Of a stretch of DNA of 64,000 bases, positions 25,143 to 38,162 are shown one piece after another. The first letter of the stretch is position 1. Each line of letters begins with the position of its first letter. This DNA comes from Dictyostelium discoideum (taxonomy: Eukaryota). Location of the stretch: contig CM000150.2 in assembly GCA_000004695.1 (NCBI GenBank), positions 1,504,001 to 1,568,000 on the forward strand. Reading direction: 5' to 3'. The notes beneath the pieces were generated by a model. The model had not been told where the DNA came from. It saw only the letters and a list, made by a program, of their open reading frames with translations, and searched no databases. A program made the position numbers and the translations under genes.

Positions 25143-27470
25143 TTAACAACAAGATTTTTTCATTTTATAAGGAACTTGTAATTTAATTTCAGTACTAATT
25201 ACTAAAAGTTGTTCTAATTTAAAGTGTTGACCAGTTGTTGGGATATTTACTTTAATTGGTTTTAAACCCATCATTTGACTACTTGAATCTTCATTTGTAT
25301 CAAAACTTGAAAGTTGAGGTTGAGCAACATTTGATATGTATGATTGTTGTTGAGGTATGAAAGCTTGTTGTTGGGGCATTACATTTGATGAGTATGAATT
25401 AGGAGCACCTAAACCTTCAAAATCATTATCATCAGCATCATTGGTTTGATCATTTGAAAATCTAAAGATCTCTTTTGCATTTCCAGTGAATTCACCATAT
25501 TTATAATCGGTTGGAAGGTAAAGAGATATTGATAGTGTACTAATTGGAATATCTATTTGTGGGAAAACTACACCAAAAGTACCAACATTTAAAAATTCGA
25601 AATCACGAGTATGTTTATAGACCAATTCAACTTTAAAAGTTTTTTGAACACCAGAGGATGTACCAGAGGATTTATTCAATGGAATCATTAAACAACCTTG
25701 ATCATCTATGGCTGGTTTAACTGCTTTTTTAGAGACAATTGTACTCCAAATTTCAAATTGATGTGGAATTGTAACACGAATATATTGTTGTTGTTCATTA
25801 CGAATAGTGAATAAACATTTGGTCAACATTGCACCCTCTGAGCTACAAGTAGCAGTGAAATGAGCACTTGGACAAAATGCAACCAATACTGGTAAATCTT
25901 GATGTTTAATAACTTTGAATGATAATGCATACTTTGGTACAAGGAATTTATAGGATAATAATAATGGACCAGATGACATTGAAACTAGTTCCGATGGTAA
26001 TTCACTCTTATCGATTAATGTTAAATTATCACGTGTCAATGATTCAACTTCAACGTTTGCTGTCGATTCAACAGCCAAGTAACCTTTTTCACGTGAAATT
26101 TCAATACCAGAACAACGAATACCTTTTGAAATATTAATGGTACCTGATGTTGAATCCATTTCAATCTCTGCTGAAATTGTTAAACTAAATGATGACTCTA
26201 CTGATGATGTTAATTGAACCTTTATTAATTGATCTTTATTTGGTTCAGGTGTTGATATTTCTATGAGATTTGGTGATAAACAATCCCAACGTTTAATATT
26301 ATAACCATCAACACTAAGTACTTTAATATTACTACCAACCAATATATCAAATGATGAAACACTACCACTAACTACAGTATATACAATATTTGAAAGTATC
26401 ATAATTACACCTTCACCAACTGAACAAAGTGTATTTTGTTCAACATTTAATTTAGTTGCTTCAATTGGTTTAATTTGAGAAGCAGCAGCAGCGGCGGCAG
26501 CAGCTTTACCTTTTTCAGTTGAGCCAGTTGAAGAACTTAAATCAATTTGATTGATTTTTTGTTGTTGTTGTTGTTGTTCATTTTTATTTTCAGCATCAGT
26601 CCATTGAATTTTTAAATAATTTGTTGGTTGGAATGGACATTTTTTAATTGTATGTGTATATTGTTTACCATCGATTTCAACTTGTTTATATTTTAAATGA
26701 TCAACATTATCTCTAACTAAAGGTTCGACAACATCAACATTAACTTTTCTAGGTACAGAGATTTCTAAATGATTAAAAGTTGCCTTTGGTAAAGCAATAC
26801 CAACACCATTCTTTTTTGGTGTTAAAAAGTTTGCTAAAACATTCAACTCTACATTATAGGTACCAACTCTATCACAAAATAAACTATGAGCATCTTGATA
26901 AATACCAATACATGATTCATCATCATTTTTACCACTGAATTGAATTGATGATGATGTTATACAAACTGTTGATGGTAATAATGGTATTTGAACTTGATCA
27001 CAATTATTATTCTTATTATTATTATTATTATCTTTTGAATTTGGTTCAGGGAAAACATGAATTTCAAAATTACATTTAAAAGATACATTAAAATCTTCAA
27101 CATTTGCAATATATGATGATTTTTCAATTGAGTATGGAATTGATGATTCTTTATTACTATTCTCTTTTAAATATTCTAACCAATCTTTTAAAGGTAATTT
27201 AATTTTAACTTCTTTTGAATTTGGATGCTCTGTAATTGATAATAATTGTTTCTCTTGTACTTTAGTTGCATTTATTACTTTTCCTCCATAATTACTTGCT
27301 GACCATGTATTAGAGTTACAATAAAGATCTTGAAATTTTTGTTGTGGTTGTTGAACATTTACTGTGGATTTCATTGAACTTTTTGAAATGAAATGTCTAT
27401 CATCATCACTACCACTATCATTATCATTGTAACTACTACCACCACCACTACTATATTTTGATCTTGCCAT
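25143..27470 (-). CDS. Hypothetical protein, 775 aa, with short polyN, polyQ and polyA tracts and ending ..KKSCC.
   Basis: ATG-initiated intact ORF of mostly non-repetitive composition. I recognise no domain. The terminal CC could be a geranylgeranylation-type motif, which is speculative. Confidence 0.55.
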   Translation of the reverse strand: MARSKYSSGGGSSYNDNDSGSDDDRHFISKSSMKSTVNVQQPQQKFQDLYCNSNTWSASNYGGKVINATKVQEKQLLSITEHPNSKEVKIKLPLKDWLEYLKENSNKESSIPYSIEKSSYIANVEDFNVSFKCNFEIHVFPEPNSKDNNNNNKNNNCDQVQIPLLPSTVCITSSSIQFSGKNDDESCIGIYQDAHSLFCDRVGTYNVELNVLANFLTPKKNGVGIALPKATFNHLEISVPRKVNVDVVEPLVRDNVDHLKYKQVEIDGKQYTHTIKKCPFQPTNYLKIQWTDAENKNEQQQQQQKINQIDLSSSTGSTEKGKAAAAAAAASQIKPIEATKLNVEQNTLCSVGEGVIMILSNIVYTVVSGSVSSFDILVGSNIKVLSVDGYNIKRWDCLSPNLIEISTPEPNKDQLIKVQLTSSVESSFSLTISAEIEMDSTSGTINISKGIRCSGIEISREKGYLAVESTANVEVESLTRDNLTLIDKSELPSELVSMSSGPLLLSYKFLVPKYALSFKVIKHQDLPVLVAFCPSAHFTATCSSEGAMLTKCLFTIRNEQQQYIRVTIPHQFEIWSTIVSKKAVKPAIDDQGCLMIPLNKSSGTSSGVQKTFKVELVYKHTRDFEFLNVGTFGVVFPQIDIPISTLSISLYLPTDYKYGEFTGNAKEIFRFSNDQTNDADDNDFEGLGAPNSYSSNVMPQQQAFIPQQQSYISNVAQPQLSSFDTNEDSSSQMMGLKPIKVNIPTTGQHFKLEQLLVISTEIKLQVPYKMKKSCC

Positions 27471-27705
27471 ATTTTATTAATAACTAATTTGTATTATTTA
27501 TTATTTATTATTATTTATTATTTTTATTGTAGTTGACTCAACAAAAAAAAAATAAAAAAAAAATAATCAATAAAATAAAAAAAAAAAAAATAATAAAAAA
27601 AAAAATTAAATTAAAAAAAAAAAAATAAAAAAAAAAAAAAAAAAAATCTTAGTTTTTTCTGTAAAAAAAAAATAAAAATAAAATTATTCTGTGAATTTGT
27701 GTGGT

Positions 27706-27746
<41 letters not shown>

Positions 27747-28114
27747 GGTTGCAAATAAGATTTAAAAAACAAAGCTTAGTTTTTTTTTTTTTATGGAAAA
27801 TATGTTGTTTTTAAATAAATTAAACAATTTTTATTTATTTTTATTTATTTTTAAATAAAACCTTTAATTTTTTGCAATCTTTAATCATTATTTTTTTTAA
27901 TTTTTTTAATTTTTTTAAATTTCAAATCATACTTTCGTAAATTAAACAAAAAAAATAAAATAATATAAAATTTAATTTTTTTTTTTTTTTTTTGTTAATA
28001 ATAAAGACCCAAGATATTTTTATCCTAAAAAATTACGCAACATTTAACCAAAGATATTTTTTCTTCAACAAACTAAAAATAAAATATCTTTTAAAAAATG
28101 TCAAAAATTATAAT

Positions 28115-28170
<56 letters not shown>

Positions 28171-28258
28171 ATAAACAAACAAAAAATTCTTTTTTTTTTT
28201 TTTTAAAAAATAAAAAATAAAAAATAAACAAACAAATAAAATAAATTTTAAAAAAATA

Positions 28259-28503
28259 ATGATGATATCTTTAAAATCAAATTATATAATTGTATTTATT
28301 TTTTTCATAATTCAAATATTAAAAGTATTTGGAGATAGTGACTTCAGTTTATATGCAGTTACAACCAATCCAGTTGGCACATATGTAACAGTTGTTGATA
28401 CATTTTATAATAAATTTTTAGCAAATACTTCATTAAATTTAAATGACTTAAACATTCAAAGTTTTTTAACCGTTGATTCAGGTTTAAATCTTGTATGTAT
28501 AAA

Positions 28504-28534
<31 letters not shown>

Positions 28535-28571
28535 AATAACAAAATCAATAATTATTATTTAAATTCTCCAA

Positions 28572-28619
<48 letters not shown>

Positions 28620-29436
28620 ATAGATATCATTACTTTGTCAAGATTCAAATAATACAAATTATTTAGTTACTGCAGATGTTAAAACTGGTGAAATTGAAAA
28701 AAGTAAAGGAATTCAAAATGATGGTTTTAATATTACAAATAATAATAATTATATTTATTCAAATGATACAGATGATATTTTTTTACCAACATGCTCAAAT
28801 GGTGAATTAACAATTTTACATTGGAATTTCAATGAACAATCAGATTATGTCAATCAATTTGCAGTTAATGGTATTTCTGATACTGATTCAAGTTATCAAC
28901 CAAAATGTACATTGTCATCAAATAATGGTTTATATGTATTTTATAAATCAAGTGATATTGACAATCCAAGTAAACTCGTATTATTAGATTTAAATAATAC
29001 TGATAGTGGTTCATTTTCATTATCATCATCATCATCTTCATTACAACCAGTACTACCAACAATTGAAATTTACACATTTAATGGTTTTAAGGCTGACAAT
29101 GTTGAGATGATATATGTTGATAACCAAGATAGTAATGTTGTTTATGTAATTTATAATTCTGATGGTACTACACGTTCATGTACTCTCCTTCTCAATGAAA
29201 GAACCCCAATTTGTAAAAACGCATATTTTGACTACCCTTTGAATCCATATAATTATAATTATAATCCATTCTTCTTAACAAGTGATCTAGTAGGATTCGT
29301 TTCAATTCAATCAACATCACCAACTCAATTATTATTTGGACTTTGGGAATTAAATTTTGAAGGTGACTCTGCAACTCAAACTGATAATTTATGGCAATCA
29401 AAAAATCCTTCAAATTACACCTATTTTAAAAATTAA
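28259..29436 (+). CDS. Secreted glycoprotein family member A, about 349 aa. Two exons: 28259-28492, 28624-29436.
   Basis: Exon 1 reads MMISLKSNYIIVFIFFIIQILKVFGDSDFSLYAVTTNPVGTYVTVVDT.. with a signal peptide. A GTATGT donor at 28493 and a tatag acceptor at 28622-23 join exon 2 (ISLLCQDSNNTNYLVTADVKTGEIEKSKGIQNDGFNI..WQSKNPSNYTYFKN). It has many N-x-S/T sites and is a paralog of the genes at 32630 and 34303. Confidence 0.65.
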
Positions 29437-29585
29437 ATTATAATAATATTATTTAATTTAAAAATCAAATCACTATATTTAAAAAATTAAAAAAATAAAT
29501 TCATTTAATTATTTAAATTTCAAAATTTTTATTCATTATTATTACATAATATATTTTTTTATTGTGATAGTTTTTTATTTGTTTA

Positions 29586-31463
29586 TTAATAAGAATATGA
29601 AATAGAAGAGGAAGATGATGTGGAACGGGAGGAAGATGATGTGGAGGATGAAGAAGTAAAAGATGGAATGGTTAAACCTAATTTTTTACAATGTTGATTA
29701 CATTTATGTGATTGAAAGAATTTAATTATACCAGGTTTACCAAGGTTACAACTTCCAAATCTTAATGTATCAGTGGAATGAATTGCTGGATCAGTTAATA
29801 AATAACCTTTTGAGGTTTTGACACCTTGAATATCGACTACAATTGCTTTATTTTTTGATTCTTGATATGTCCAATGAGAGAATGTTTGAAGTATTTCAGA
29901 CATTGCATCATCTTTTAACCAACCACAATTACTATTGTATTTTTGATATTCACCATTGATAAATGTTTCAATCCCAAAATACATTGGTTTTTCAGAATGT
30001 TTCATTTGTAAGACTTTTGCAACAGTGAATGTAATTTGATGTTCACTCGAAGTTAATGATAATTGTTTATTAAATTCAAGTGCAAATTTTGCAGCAACAG
30101 TTTGACATTCCATTGATTCAAAATATCTTTTCTTTGAATTTTCTCTACCACCAATATATTTTGATTGTTTAAGAACTACTTTCTTACCATGTTCGTCAAT
30201 TCCTAAATAAGCTAATCTACAAGCACCGTGTGAGAATGGATTTGGAGCAATTTTAATTGAAATGGTAATTTCATTTAATTTCATTTCATAGGATGATGAT
30301 AAACATGTAACAATATCTGATGGCATTTTAAATTTTGTTTGTAACATTTGAATATATGGTAATTCACCAAAATCAATATCCATATTGGTATTAATTTCAA
30401 ATTCACGTTCACTACGTTGTTTACCTGTTGAGCCATCAATGTTGTGACCTAAATATTGTTCAGTCAATACTGATCTTGACACTGAAATACTTTCTTCAAT
30501 TGAAATAAAAATTCTTTCATTCATTTTTGAAGTTTCTTTTGAATCGAATGAATTTATTGATTTCTTATTTCTTGATATTTCTTTAGTTTTTTTATCAAAA
30601 AAATCAATCATTTGACCTGTTTCTTTAAGATTAATATGGCCAAAATAGTAGTTGATATTTAATGAAATTATATCAGTTAATAAATCATCTAATTTAATAC
30701 CATTTGGATCACCACCTGGATAAGAATCAGCCATTGAATGGTATTCAGTACCATGGCAAGGGGCATCAGCGATATGAATTACAACTCTAGTTGAATTTGG
30801 CCTCCATTTCATTGATTTAATTAAATCCATACCTCCAAATACATCTTCAGGACCATCAGCACCACCACCTGCTCTAATTTCAGAAACAAATCTAACAAAT
30901 TCTACAGTGGAACGAGAGAATTGAAAAGTTGAACATCTGTTTGATGCTACATCGAAATCAGTATAACGAATAAAACCAAATTCAATATCTAAAAATGAAT
31001 GTTTTAATTTTAATGCTTCTTGTAATTTTACAATATCACTCTTTATTTGTTCAATATATGGATCCATTGAACCAGTACAATCAACAATAAATAATAAATC
31101 AACACACTCCGATGCTCTAATTGCTTTAAATGTTAATTTAATTTCTTCATTTCTTTTTTCAATTTTTTTTTCTTTTTCTTTTGCAAGTGTTATTGAATCT
31201 TTTGTAGTAGTTGTTTTTTCATCTCTTGGGGTACTACCATAAACCATTCTTAATGCACTTTCATCTGATATATGTGTTTTACTACCACCTGAACTTAAAC
31301 CACTTCTTGATGCATCAGTTTTTAATGATGTTGGCACTTTTCTTGTTCCAAGTGAAGTTTTTGATAATGAATTTGAAATTGAATCCATATCTGAAACATT
31401 AACTCTTCCGGATGGCTTTGTTTTTGATTCTTTTTCAGTTGACAAAACATACTTTGATTCCAT
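29586..31463 (-). CDS. vwkA: von Willebrand factor A domain plus alpha-kinase domain protein (VwkA-type), 625 aa.
   Basis: The vWA signature DLLFIVDCTGSMDPYI is in the N-terminal half. The C-terminal alpha-kinase catalytic domain shows GACRLAYLG..KKVVLKQSKY..ECQTVAAKFALEFN..KPMYFGIETFINGEYQKYNSNCGW..AIVVDIQGVKTSKGYLLTDPAIHS..FGSCNLGKPGIIKFFQSHKCNQHCKKLGL. The architecture matches the described Dictyostelium vWA alpha-kinase. The symbol is given from memory of that architecture and is not verified. Confidence 0.7.
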   Translation of the reverse strand: MESKYVLSTEKESKTKPSGRVNVSDMDSISNSLSKTSLGTRKVPTSLKTDASRSGLSSGGSKTHISDESALRMVYGSTPRDEKTTTTKDSITLAKEKEKKIEKRNEEIKLTFKAIRASECVDLLFIVDCTGSMDPYIEQIKSDIVKLQEALKLKHSFLDIEFGFIRYTDFDVASNRCSTFQFSRSTVEFVRFVSEIRAGGGADGPEDVFGGMDLIKSMKWRPNSTRVVIHIADAPCHGTEYHSMADSYPGGDPNGIKLDDLLTDIISLNINYYFGHINLKETGQMIDFFDKKTKEISRNKKSINSFDSKETSKMNERIFISIEESISVSRSVLTEQYLGHNIDGSTGKQRSEREFEINTNMDIDFGELPYIQMLQTKFKMPSDIVTCLSSSYEMKLNEITISIKIAPNPFSHGACRLAYLGIDEHGKKVVLKQSKYIGGRENSKKRYFESMECQTVAAKFALEFNKQLSLTSSEHQITFTVAKVLQMKHSEKPMYFGIETFINGEYQKYNSNCGWLKDDAMSEILQTFSHWTYQESKNKAIVVDIQGVKTSKGYLLTDPAIHSTDTLRFGSCNLGKPGIIKFFQSHKCNQHCKKLGLTIPSFTSSSSTSSSSRSTSSSSSISYSY

Positions 31464-32365
31464 TTTTTATTTTGATTCAATAATATTTTTTTAAGTTTTT
31501 AAACAAAACTTAAAATATGAATTTTTGAATTAATTTATACCATAGAGAAATTCATTTTTTTTTATTTTTTTATTTTTATAAATAATAATTTAAATTTAAT
31601 TCAAAAAAATACTTTTTTTACTTAAAAAATTAAAAAAAAAAAATTAAGTTTTTCTGATCATCGAGATATTTTTTAAGCTTAAAAATATTGCAACAGTCTT
31701 TATGTTTAATTATCAAAATAAATTATAATGTTCATAAATTAAAAAAAAAATGAATAAAATTGTAGATCAGGTTGGCTTTTGAATACAATTGTAGATGCAA
31801 TACAAAAAAAAAAAAAAAAAAAAAAAAGTAGATGATCAAGAAGTAAAAATGGAATTGTTAACCTAAGAGTTTAATTAATTGATAATTGTCTGGCGATTGA
31901 AACTTTATTATATTTGTATAAATGGACCTTTTTTTTTTTTTTTTTTTTTTCACTCCAAACCAAAGAATTTAAACAAATAAAATGAAATAGAATTATTTCA
32001 AAAACAAAGATATTAAAAGATTTTAGAGAAAAAAAAAGGAAAATTGAAAAAAAAAATTAAAAAAAAAAAATTTAAAAAAAAAATAAAAAAAAAAAAAACT
32101 AGATATTAAATAATATAGAAAAAAGAATTTATAAGTGGTTGCTTTTTAAGAATGTAGTGAAAAGGTTAGAAAGTTTTACTCAAAAATTTAAATTTTTATC
32201 TAAATTTTTTTTTCCCTTCTCATTACTATCATTTTTTTAGAAGCTTTAGTTTATTTTTATCTTGTGGTAGAATAAAATTAAAAAAAAAAAAAAATATCTT
32301 TTTTTTTTAATTTTCTGATACATTGATTTTTATAATAAATATTTGGTGCATTGCTTTTTAATTAT

Positions 32366-32400
32366 AAAAAATCTTCGTTTGATTCCAATTACCTCACAGA
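32366..32400 (+). promoter_or_regulatory. Conserved upstream element aaatcttcgtttgattccaattacctcacaga about 230 bp 5' of paralog B. A near-identical copy lies at 34009-34040, 5' of paralog C, and each is followed by a TATAAATA box.
   Basis: 32366-32400 and 34009-34040 differ at one position. The downstream ttagaatg(g/a)cct..attataattctattc and (g/a)gtataaataaaaa elements are also conserved between the two promoters. Confidence 0.5.
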
Positions 32401-32629
32401 ATGGAATTATAAATAAAATTTTTTTTTTTTATTTTTTTTTTTACTTTTTTTTTTTAGAATGGCCTATTAGAATTATAATTCTATTCCCACTTATATCATA
32501 TCTTTATTATTTTTTTTTTTTTTTTTTTTTTTTTTTTGGTATAAATAAAAATTTTAAAGATCACTAAGTTATTTTTCAAATAAAAAATAAAAATATAAAA
32601 AATAAATAAATTTAAATAAAAAAATAATA

Positions 32630-33772
32630 ATGATATCTTTAAAATCAAATTATATAATTTCTATAATTTTTTTCATTTTACAAATATTGAGAGTGTTTGG
32701 CGATAGTGATTTCAGCTTATATTCAGTCACATCCAACCCAGTTGGTTCATATGTAACAATAGTTATTCCATTTTATAATCAGGTTATAGCAAACACTTCA
32801 TTAAATTTAGATGGTTTAAACATTCAAAGCTTTTTAACAGTTGATCAAGGTGTAAATGTGGTATGTGTTAAAAAATAAATTAAAAAATAATAAATAATTA
32901 TTAATATTCTCCTAATAATTAAAAAAAAAAAAAAAAAAAAAAAATTATAGATATTATTACTTTGTCAAGATTCAAAAAATTCAAATTATTTAGTTATTGC
33001 AGATGTTAAAACTGGTGAAATTAAAAAGAGTAAAGGAATTCAAAATGATGGTTTTAATATTAAAAATAATAATAATTATATTTATTCAAATGTCACAGAT
33101 GATATTTATTTACCAACATTTTCAAATGGTGAATTAACAATTTTACATTGGAATTTCAATGAACAATCGGATTACGCCAATCAATTAACAGTTAATGGTA
33201 TTTCCGATATTGACCCAACTTATCAACCAAAAGGTGTAATAACATCAAATAATGGTTTATATATATTTTATAAATCAATCGATAATAATAATAATAATAA
33301 TAATAATAATAGTACAAGTAAACTCGTATTATTTAATTTAAATAATACTGATAGTAGTTCATTATCATCATCTTCATTACAACCAGTACTACCAACAATC
33401 GAAATTTACACATATAATGGTTTTGAAGCAGACAATGTTGAAATGATATATATAGATAATGAAGATAATAATATCGTTTATGCAGTATATAATACAAATG
33501 GAACTACACGTTCATGTACTCTCCTTTTCAGTGAACAAAACTCAATTTGCCAAGATGCATATTTTGACTATAATTTAAATCCAAATAATTATAACTATAA
33601 TCCATATTTTATCACAAGTGATTTATCATCATTTGTCTCATTACAATCAACTTCACCAACTCAACTAGTATTTGGAGTTTGGTCATTAGATTTTGGAGCT
33701 GATACAACAACCCTAATCTATAATTTATGGCAATCAACAAACCCATCAAATATCACCTATTTTAAAAATTAA
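32630..33772 (+). CDS. Secreted glycoprotein family member B. Two exons: 32630-32860, 32951-33772.
   Basis: Same exon structure as A, with a GTATGT donor at 32861 and a tatag acceptor at 32949-50. The protein reads MISLKSNYIISIIFFILQILRVFGDSDFSLYSVTSNPVGSYV.. / ILLLCQDSKNSNYLVIADVKTGEIKKSKGIQNDGFNIKNNNNYIYSN..WQSTNPSNITYFKN. Confidence 0.65.
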
Positions 33773-33887
33773 ATAATGCTATTGTTTTTTTGATTTAATT
33801 TAAATCAACATGGTTAAATTTAAAAAAAAAAATTAAGAAAAAAAAAATTAAATGAAATAAAAAATTTAATTTTATTGAAGCTTTAAA

Positions 33888-33921
<34 letters not shown>

Positions 33922-34302
33922 CTAATAAACAGTTTGATTGGTTTGAATTACGAAATTTTTTTTTTTTTCTATTTTTTTTTTTTTTTTCTGAAAACCATTA
34001 AAATTTTTAAAAATCTTCGTTTGATTCCAATTACCTCATAGAATTAAAATATCTTCGATGCGGTTTCCATTTTTTTTTTTTTTCGTTTTATTATTTTTTA
34101 GAATGACCTTTATTATAATTCTATTCTCATTTTAATCATTCGTTTATATTTTAGTATAAATAAAAAATTATTTTTGTTTTAAATTATTATCCAAAAAATA
34201 TAAAAATAAAAAACAATTCAAAAAAAGACACAATAAAAATAAAAAAAAACAATAATAATAAAATAATAAATAAATTAATTTATATAAATCAAATAAAAAA
34301 TA

Positions 34303-35435
34303 ATGATATCTTTAAAATCAAATTTTATAGTTGCAACAGTATTTTTCATTATACAAATATTAAAAGTATTTGGAGAATATGATTTTGGTTTATATGCAGT
34401 CACATCAAATCCGGTTGGTTCATATGTAACAGTTGTTGATACATTATATAATCAAGTATTAGCAAACACTTCATTAAATTTAAATGGTTTAAATGTTCAA
34501 AGCCTTTTAGAAGTAGATTCTAATTTAAATGTCGTATGTATTAAAATATTAAAAAAAAAAAAATATATCATCAATAATTATTAGTATTATTCTCTAATGA
34601 TAAAAAAAAAAAAAAAAAAAAATTATAGATTACATTACTTTGTCAAGATTCAAAAAATTCAAATTATTTAGTTATTGCAGATGCTAAAACTGGTGAAATT
34701 AAAAAGAGTAAAGGAATTCAAAATGATGGTTTTAATATTAAAAATAGTAATAACTATATTTATTCAAATGCCACAGATGATATTTATTTACCAACATTTT
34801 CAAATGGAGAATTAACAATTTTACATTGGAATTTCAACGAACAATCAGATTATGCCAATCAATTAACAGTTAGTGGTGTTTCCGATATTGACCCAACCTA
34901 TCAACCAAAAGGTGTATTATCATCAAAAAACATTTTATATTTATTTTATAAATCAAATGATAATAACAGTCCAAGTAAACTCGTATTATTAGATGTAAAT
35001 ACTACTGATAGTGGTTCATCATCATCATCATCGTCGCCATCATATTCATTACAACCATTCGAAACTTACTCATTTAATAGTTTTGAAGCAGATAATGTTG
35101 AAATGATATACATTGATGGTGAAGAGGGTTCTAATATTGTCTATGCAGTTTATAATACCAATGGAACTACACAAGCATGTTCTTTTGTTCTCAGTGAACA
35201 AAACTCAACTTGTCAATATATTCCTCTTGAAATTAATTTAAATCCACAAAATTATAATTATAACCCTTATTTCATCACAAGTGATTTATCATCATTTGTT
35301 ACATTACAATCAACATCGTCAAATCAATTAGTATTTGGACTTTGGGAATTAAATTTTGGTGCTGATTCACCAACTCAAATCTATAATTTATGGCAATCAA
35401 CAAACCCATCAAATATCACCTATTTTAAAAATTAA
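34303..35435 (+). CDS. Secreted glycoprotein family member C. Two exons: 34303-34533, 34629-35435.
   Basis: GTATGT donor at 34534 and tatag acceptor at 34627-28. Exon 2 ends ..LWQSTNPSNITYFKN*, and the promoter architecture is conserved with B. Confidence 0.65.
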
Positions 35436-35504
35436 ATAATATTATTTATTTTATTAAAAATTAATAAAAATATCTTTTTTTTTAATATATATAGTTTTAT
35501 TTTT

Positions 35505-35539
<35 letters not shown>

Positions 35540-35639
35540 AATTATATGCTTTTTATTTAATGAAAATATCTCTGAAATGGTTCCCATTTTATTTTTTTTT
35601 ATATTTTTTTTTTTTTAAACCAGTTTATTTTTCAAATGG

Positions 35640-35916
35640 AATAACTCAGGCATGTTCTTTTGTTCTCAGTGAACAAAACTCAATTTGTCAAGATACTTAT
35701 TCTCTTGAAATCAATTTAAATCCAAATAATTATAACTATAATCCATATTTTATCACAAGTGATTTATCATCATTTGTTACATTACAAACATCAACTACTC
35801 AATTATTTTTTGGACTTTGGTCATTAAATTTTGGTGCTGATACAACAACCCAAGTCGATAATATTTATGGAAATCAACAAACCCATCAAATACCACCTAT
35901 TTTAAAAATTAAATAA
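35640..35916 (+). pseudogene. Truncated 3' fragment of a fourth family member (D), with a 1-bp deletion frameshift near the end.
   Basis: NGITQACSFVLSEQNSICQDTYSLEINLNPNNYNYNPYFITSDLSSFVTLQ..FGLWSLNFGADTTTQ aligns to the last ~90 codons of paralogs B and C. There is no signal-peptide exon and no upstream homology. Caaataccacctat here versus caaatatcacctat in B and C shifts the frame before the shared stop. Confidence 0.6.
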
Positions 35917-35972
35917 TATTATTTATTTAGTTAAAAATAAAATTATTATAATTGAATTTAAAACTATTAATG

Positions 35973-36024
<52 letters not shown>

Positions 36025-36281
36025 AATTAATAAAATTTAATAATTAAATTCTTTTCAAAGTATAACTATTTCTTTAATAGGAAAAACCATATGTTATTAT
36101 TATTATAAAAAATTTTTTTAATAAAACTATTTTATTATTAAACATATTTCTTTTTTTTTTTTTTTTTTTTTTACAATTTATTAAAATTTATTAAAACTAT
36201 ATTCTAAAAAAAGAAAAAAAAAATGTAAAAAAATAATTTTAATTTTTAAAAATCAAATAGCCTCAACAATAATACCTTTCA

Positions 36282-36314
<33 letters not shown>

Positions 36315-36788
36315 AAAAAAAAATAGAAATAAAAAAAAATAAAAAAAAAATTGTAACTGATTTTAAAATTAACATAATTATTATTATTTTTTTTTTTTCT
36401 AAAAAAAAAACCACAAATATGAAAAAAATGATTAAAAAAAATAAAATAACCAATCAAATTAGGAAGGTAACAAAAAAACAAAACTTTTAATCAATGCAAA
36501 AAAAAAAAAAACTGAAAATACAATGTTTTTTTTTTATTTTTTTAATAATATATTAAATTAAATTTTTAATTTTATAATAATAAAAAAAATGGGATTTTAA
36601 TAAAATCTGAAAATTGATTTTTTTTTAAGTATAAAAGGTTATTTTTAAAATTAATTTCCAGTGTCATTTGTCAAATAATTAAATTACAAACAAACAAATA
36701 AATAATATATATATTTAAAAAAAAAAAAAAAAAAAAATAATCAAATAGTCAAATACATTAGAAAATAAACATTATTGTAAAATCAAAA

Positions 36789-38162
36789 ATGTATCGAATT
36801 TTAAAATCATTTATACTATTATCATTAGTAAATATGTCTTTATCACAAAAGATTGGTAAATTAACACCAGAAGTACATCCTCCAATGACATTCCAAAAAT
36901 GCTCAGAAGGTGGCTCATGTGAAACAATTCAAGGTGAGGTTGTAGTTGATGCAAATTGGAGATGGGTACACTCTGCACAAGGTCAAAACTGTTACACTGG
37001 TAATACTTGGAATCCAACCATTTGTCCAGATGATGAAACATGTGCTGAAAACTGTTATTTGGATGGTGCAAACTATGAAAGTGTCTATGGTGTTACCACT
37101 AGCGAAGATTCAGTTCGTTTGAATTTCGTTACTCAAAGTCAAGGTAAAAACATTGGTTCTCGTTTATTCCTCATGTCAAATGAATCAAATTACCAATTAT
37201 TCCATGTACTTGGTCAAGAATTCACTTTTGATGTTGATGTTTCCAATCTCGATTGTGGTCTCAATGGTGCACTCTACTTAGTCTCAATGGATAGCGATGG
37301 TGGTTCTGCTCGTTTCCCAACAAATGAAGCCGGTGCTAAATATGGTACTGGTTATTGTGATGCCCAATGTCCAAGAGATCTTAAATTTATTAGTGGTTCT
37401 GCAAATGTTGATGGTTGGATTCCATCAACTAATAATCCAAATACTGGATATGGTAATCTTGGTTCATGTTGCGCTGAAATGGATCTTTGGGAAGCAAACA
37501 ATATGGCAACTGCTGTAACTCCACATCCATGTGATACTTCAAGCCAAAGCGTATGTAAGAGTGATTCATGTGGTGGTGCTGCTTCTTCAAATAGATATGG
37601 TGGTATTTGCGATCCAGATGGTTGTGATTACAATCCATACCGTATGGGTAACACCAGTTTCTTTGGTCCAAACAAAATGATTGATACCAACTCTGTAATT
37701 ACTGTTGTAACTCAATTCATTACTGACGATGGTTCATCCGATGGCAAATTAACCTCAATCAAGAGATTGTATGTACAAGATGGTAACGTTATCTCTCAAT
37801 CAGTATCAACCATTGATGGTGTCGAAGGTAATGAAGTCAATGAAGAATTTTGTACTAACCAAAAGAAAGTATTTGGTGATGAAGATTCCTTCACTAAACA
37901 TGGTGGTCTTGCTAAAATGGGTGAAGCCTTAAAGGATGGTATGGTTCTTGTTCTTAGTCTTTGGGATGATTACCAAGCCAACATGTTATGGCTCGATAGT
38001 TCATATCCAACAACTTCATCTCCAACAGATCCAGGTGTTGCTCGTGGATCTTGTCCAACTACCTCTGGTGTTCCATCTAAAGTTGAACAAAATTATCCAA
38101 ATGCATACGTTGTCTACTCTAATATTAAAGTCGGTCCAATCGATTCAACATATAAAAAATAA
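36789..38162 (+). CDS. cbhA: Glycoside hydrolase family 7 cellobiohydrolase (Cel7/CBH I-like), 457 aa, secreted, single exon.
   Basis: A signal peptide is followed by the GH7 catalytic core: [108 protein letters not shown]. The EMDLWE motif holds the catalytic Glu residues. The symbol is a best guess for the Dictyostelium GH7 gene. Confidence 0.85.
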   Translation: MYRILKSFILLSLVNMSLSQKIGKLTPEVHPPMTFQKCSEGGSCETIQGEVVVDANWRWVHSAQGQNCYTGNTWNPTICPDDETCAENCYLDGANYESVYGVTTSEDSVRLNFVTQSQGKNIGSRLFLMSNESNYQLFHVLGQEFTFDVDVSNLDCGLNGALYLVSMDSDGGSARFPTNEAGAKYGTGYCDAQCPRDLKFISGSANVDGWIPSTNNPNTGYGNLGSCCAEMDLWEANNMATAVTPHPCDTSSQSVCKSDSCGGAASSNRYGGICDPDGCDYNPYRMGNTSFFGPNKMIDTNSVITVVTQFITDDGSSDGKLTSIKRLYVQDGNVISQSVSTIDGVEGNEVNEEFCTNQKKVFGDEDSFTKHGGLAKMGEALKDGMVLVLSLWDDYQANMLWLDSSYPTTSSPTDPGVARGSCPTTSGVPSKVEQNYPNAYVVYSNIKVGPIDSTYKK

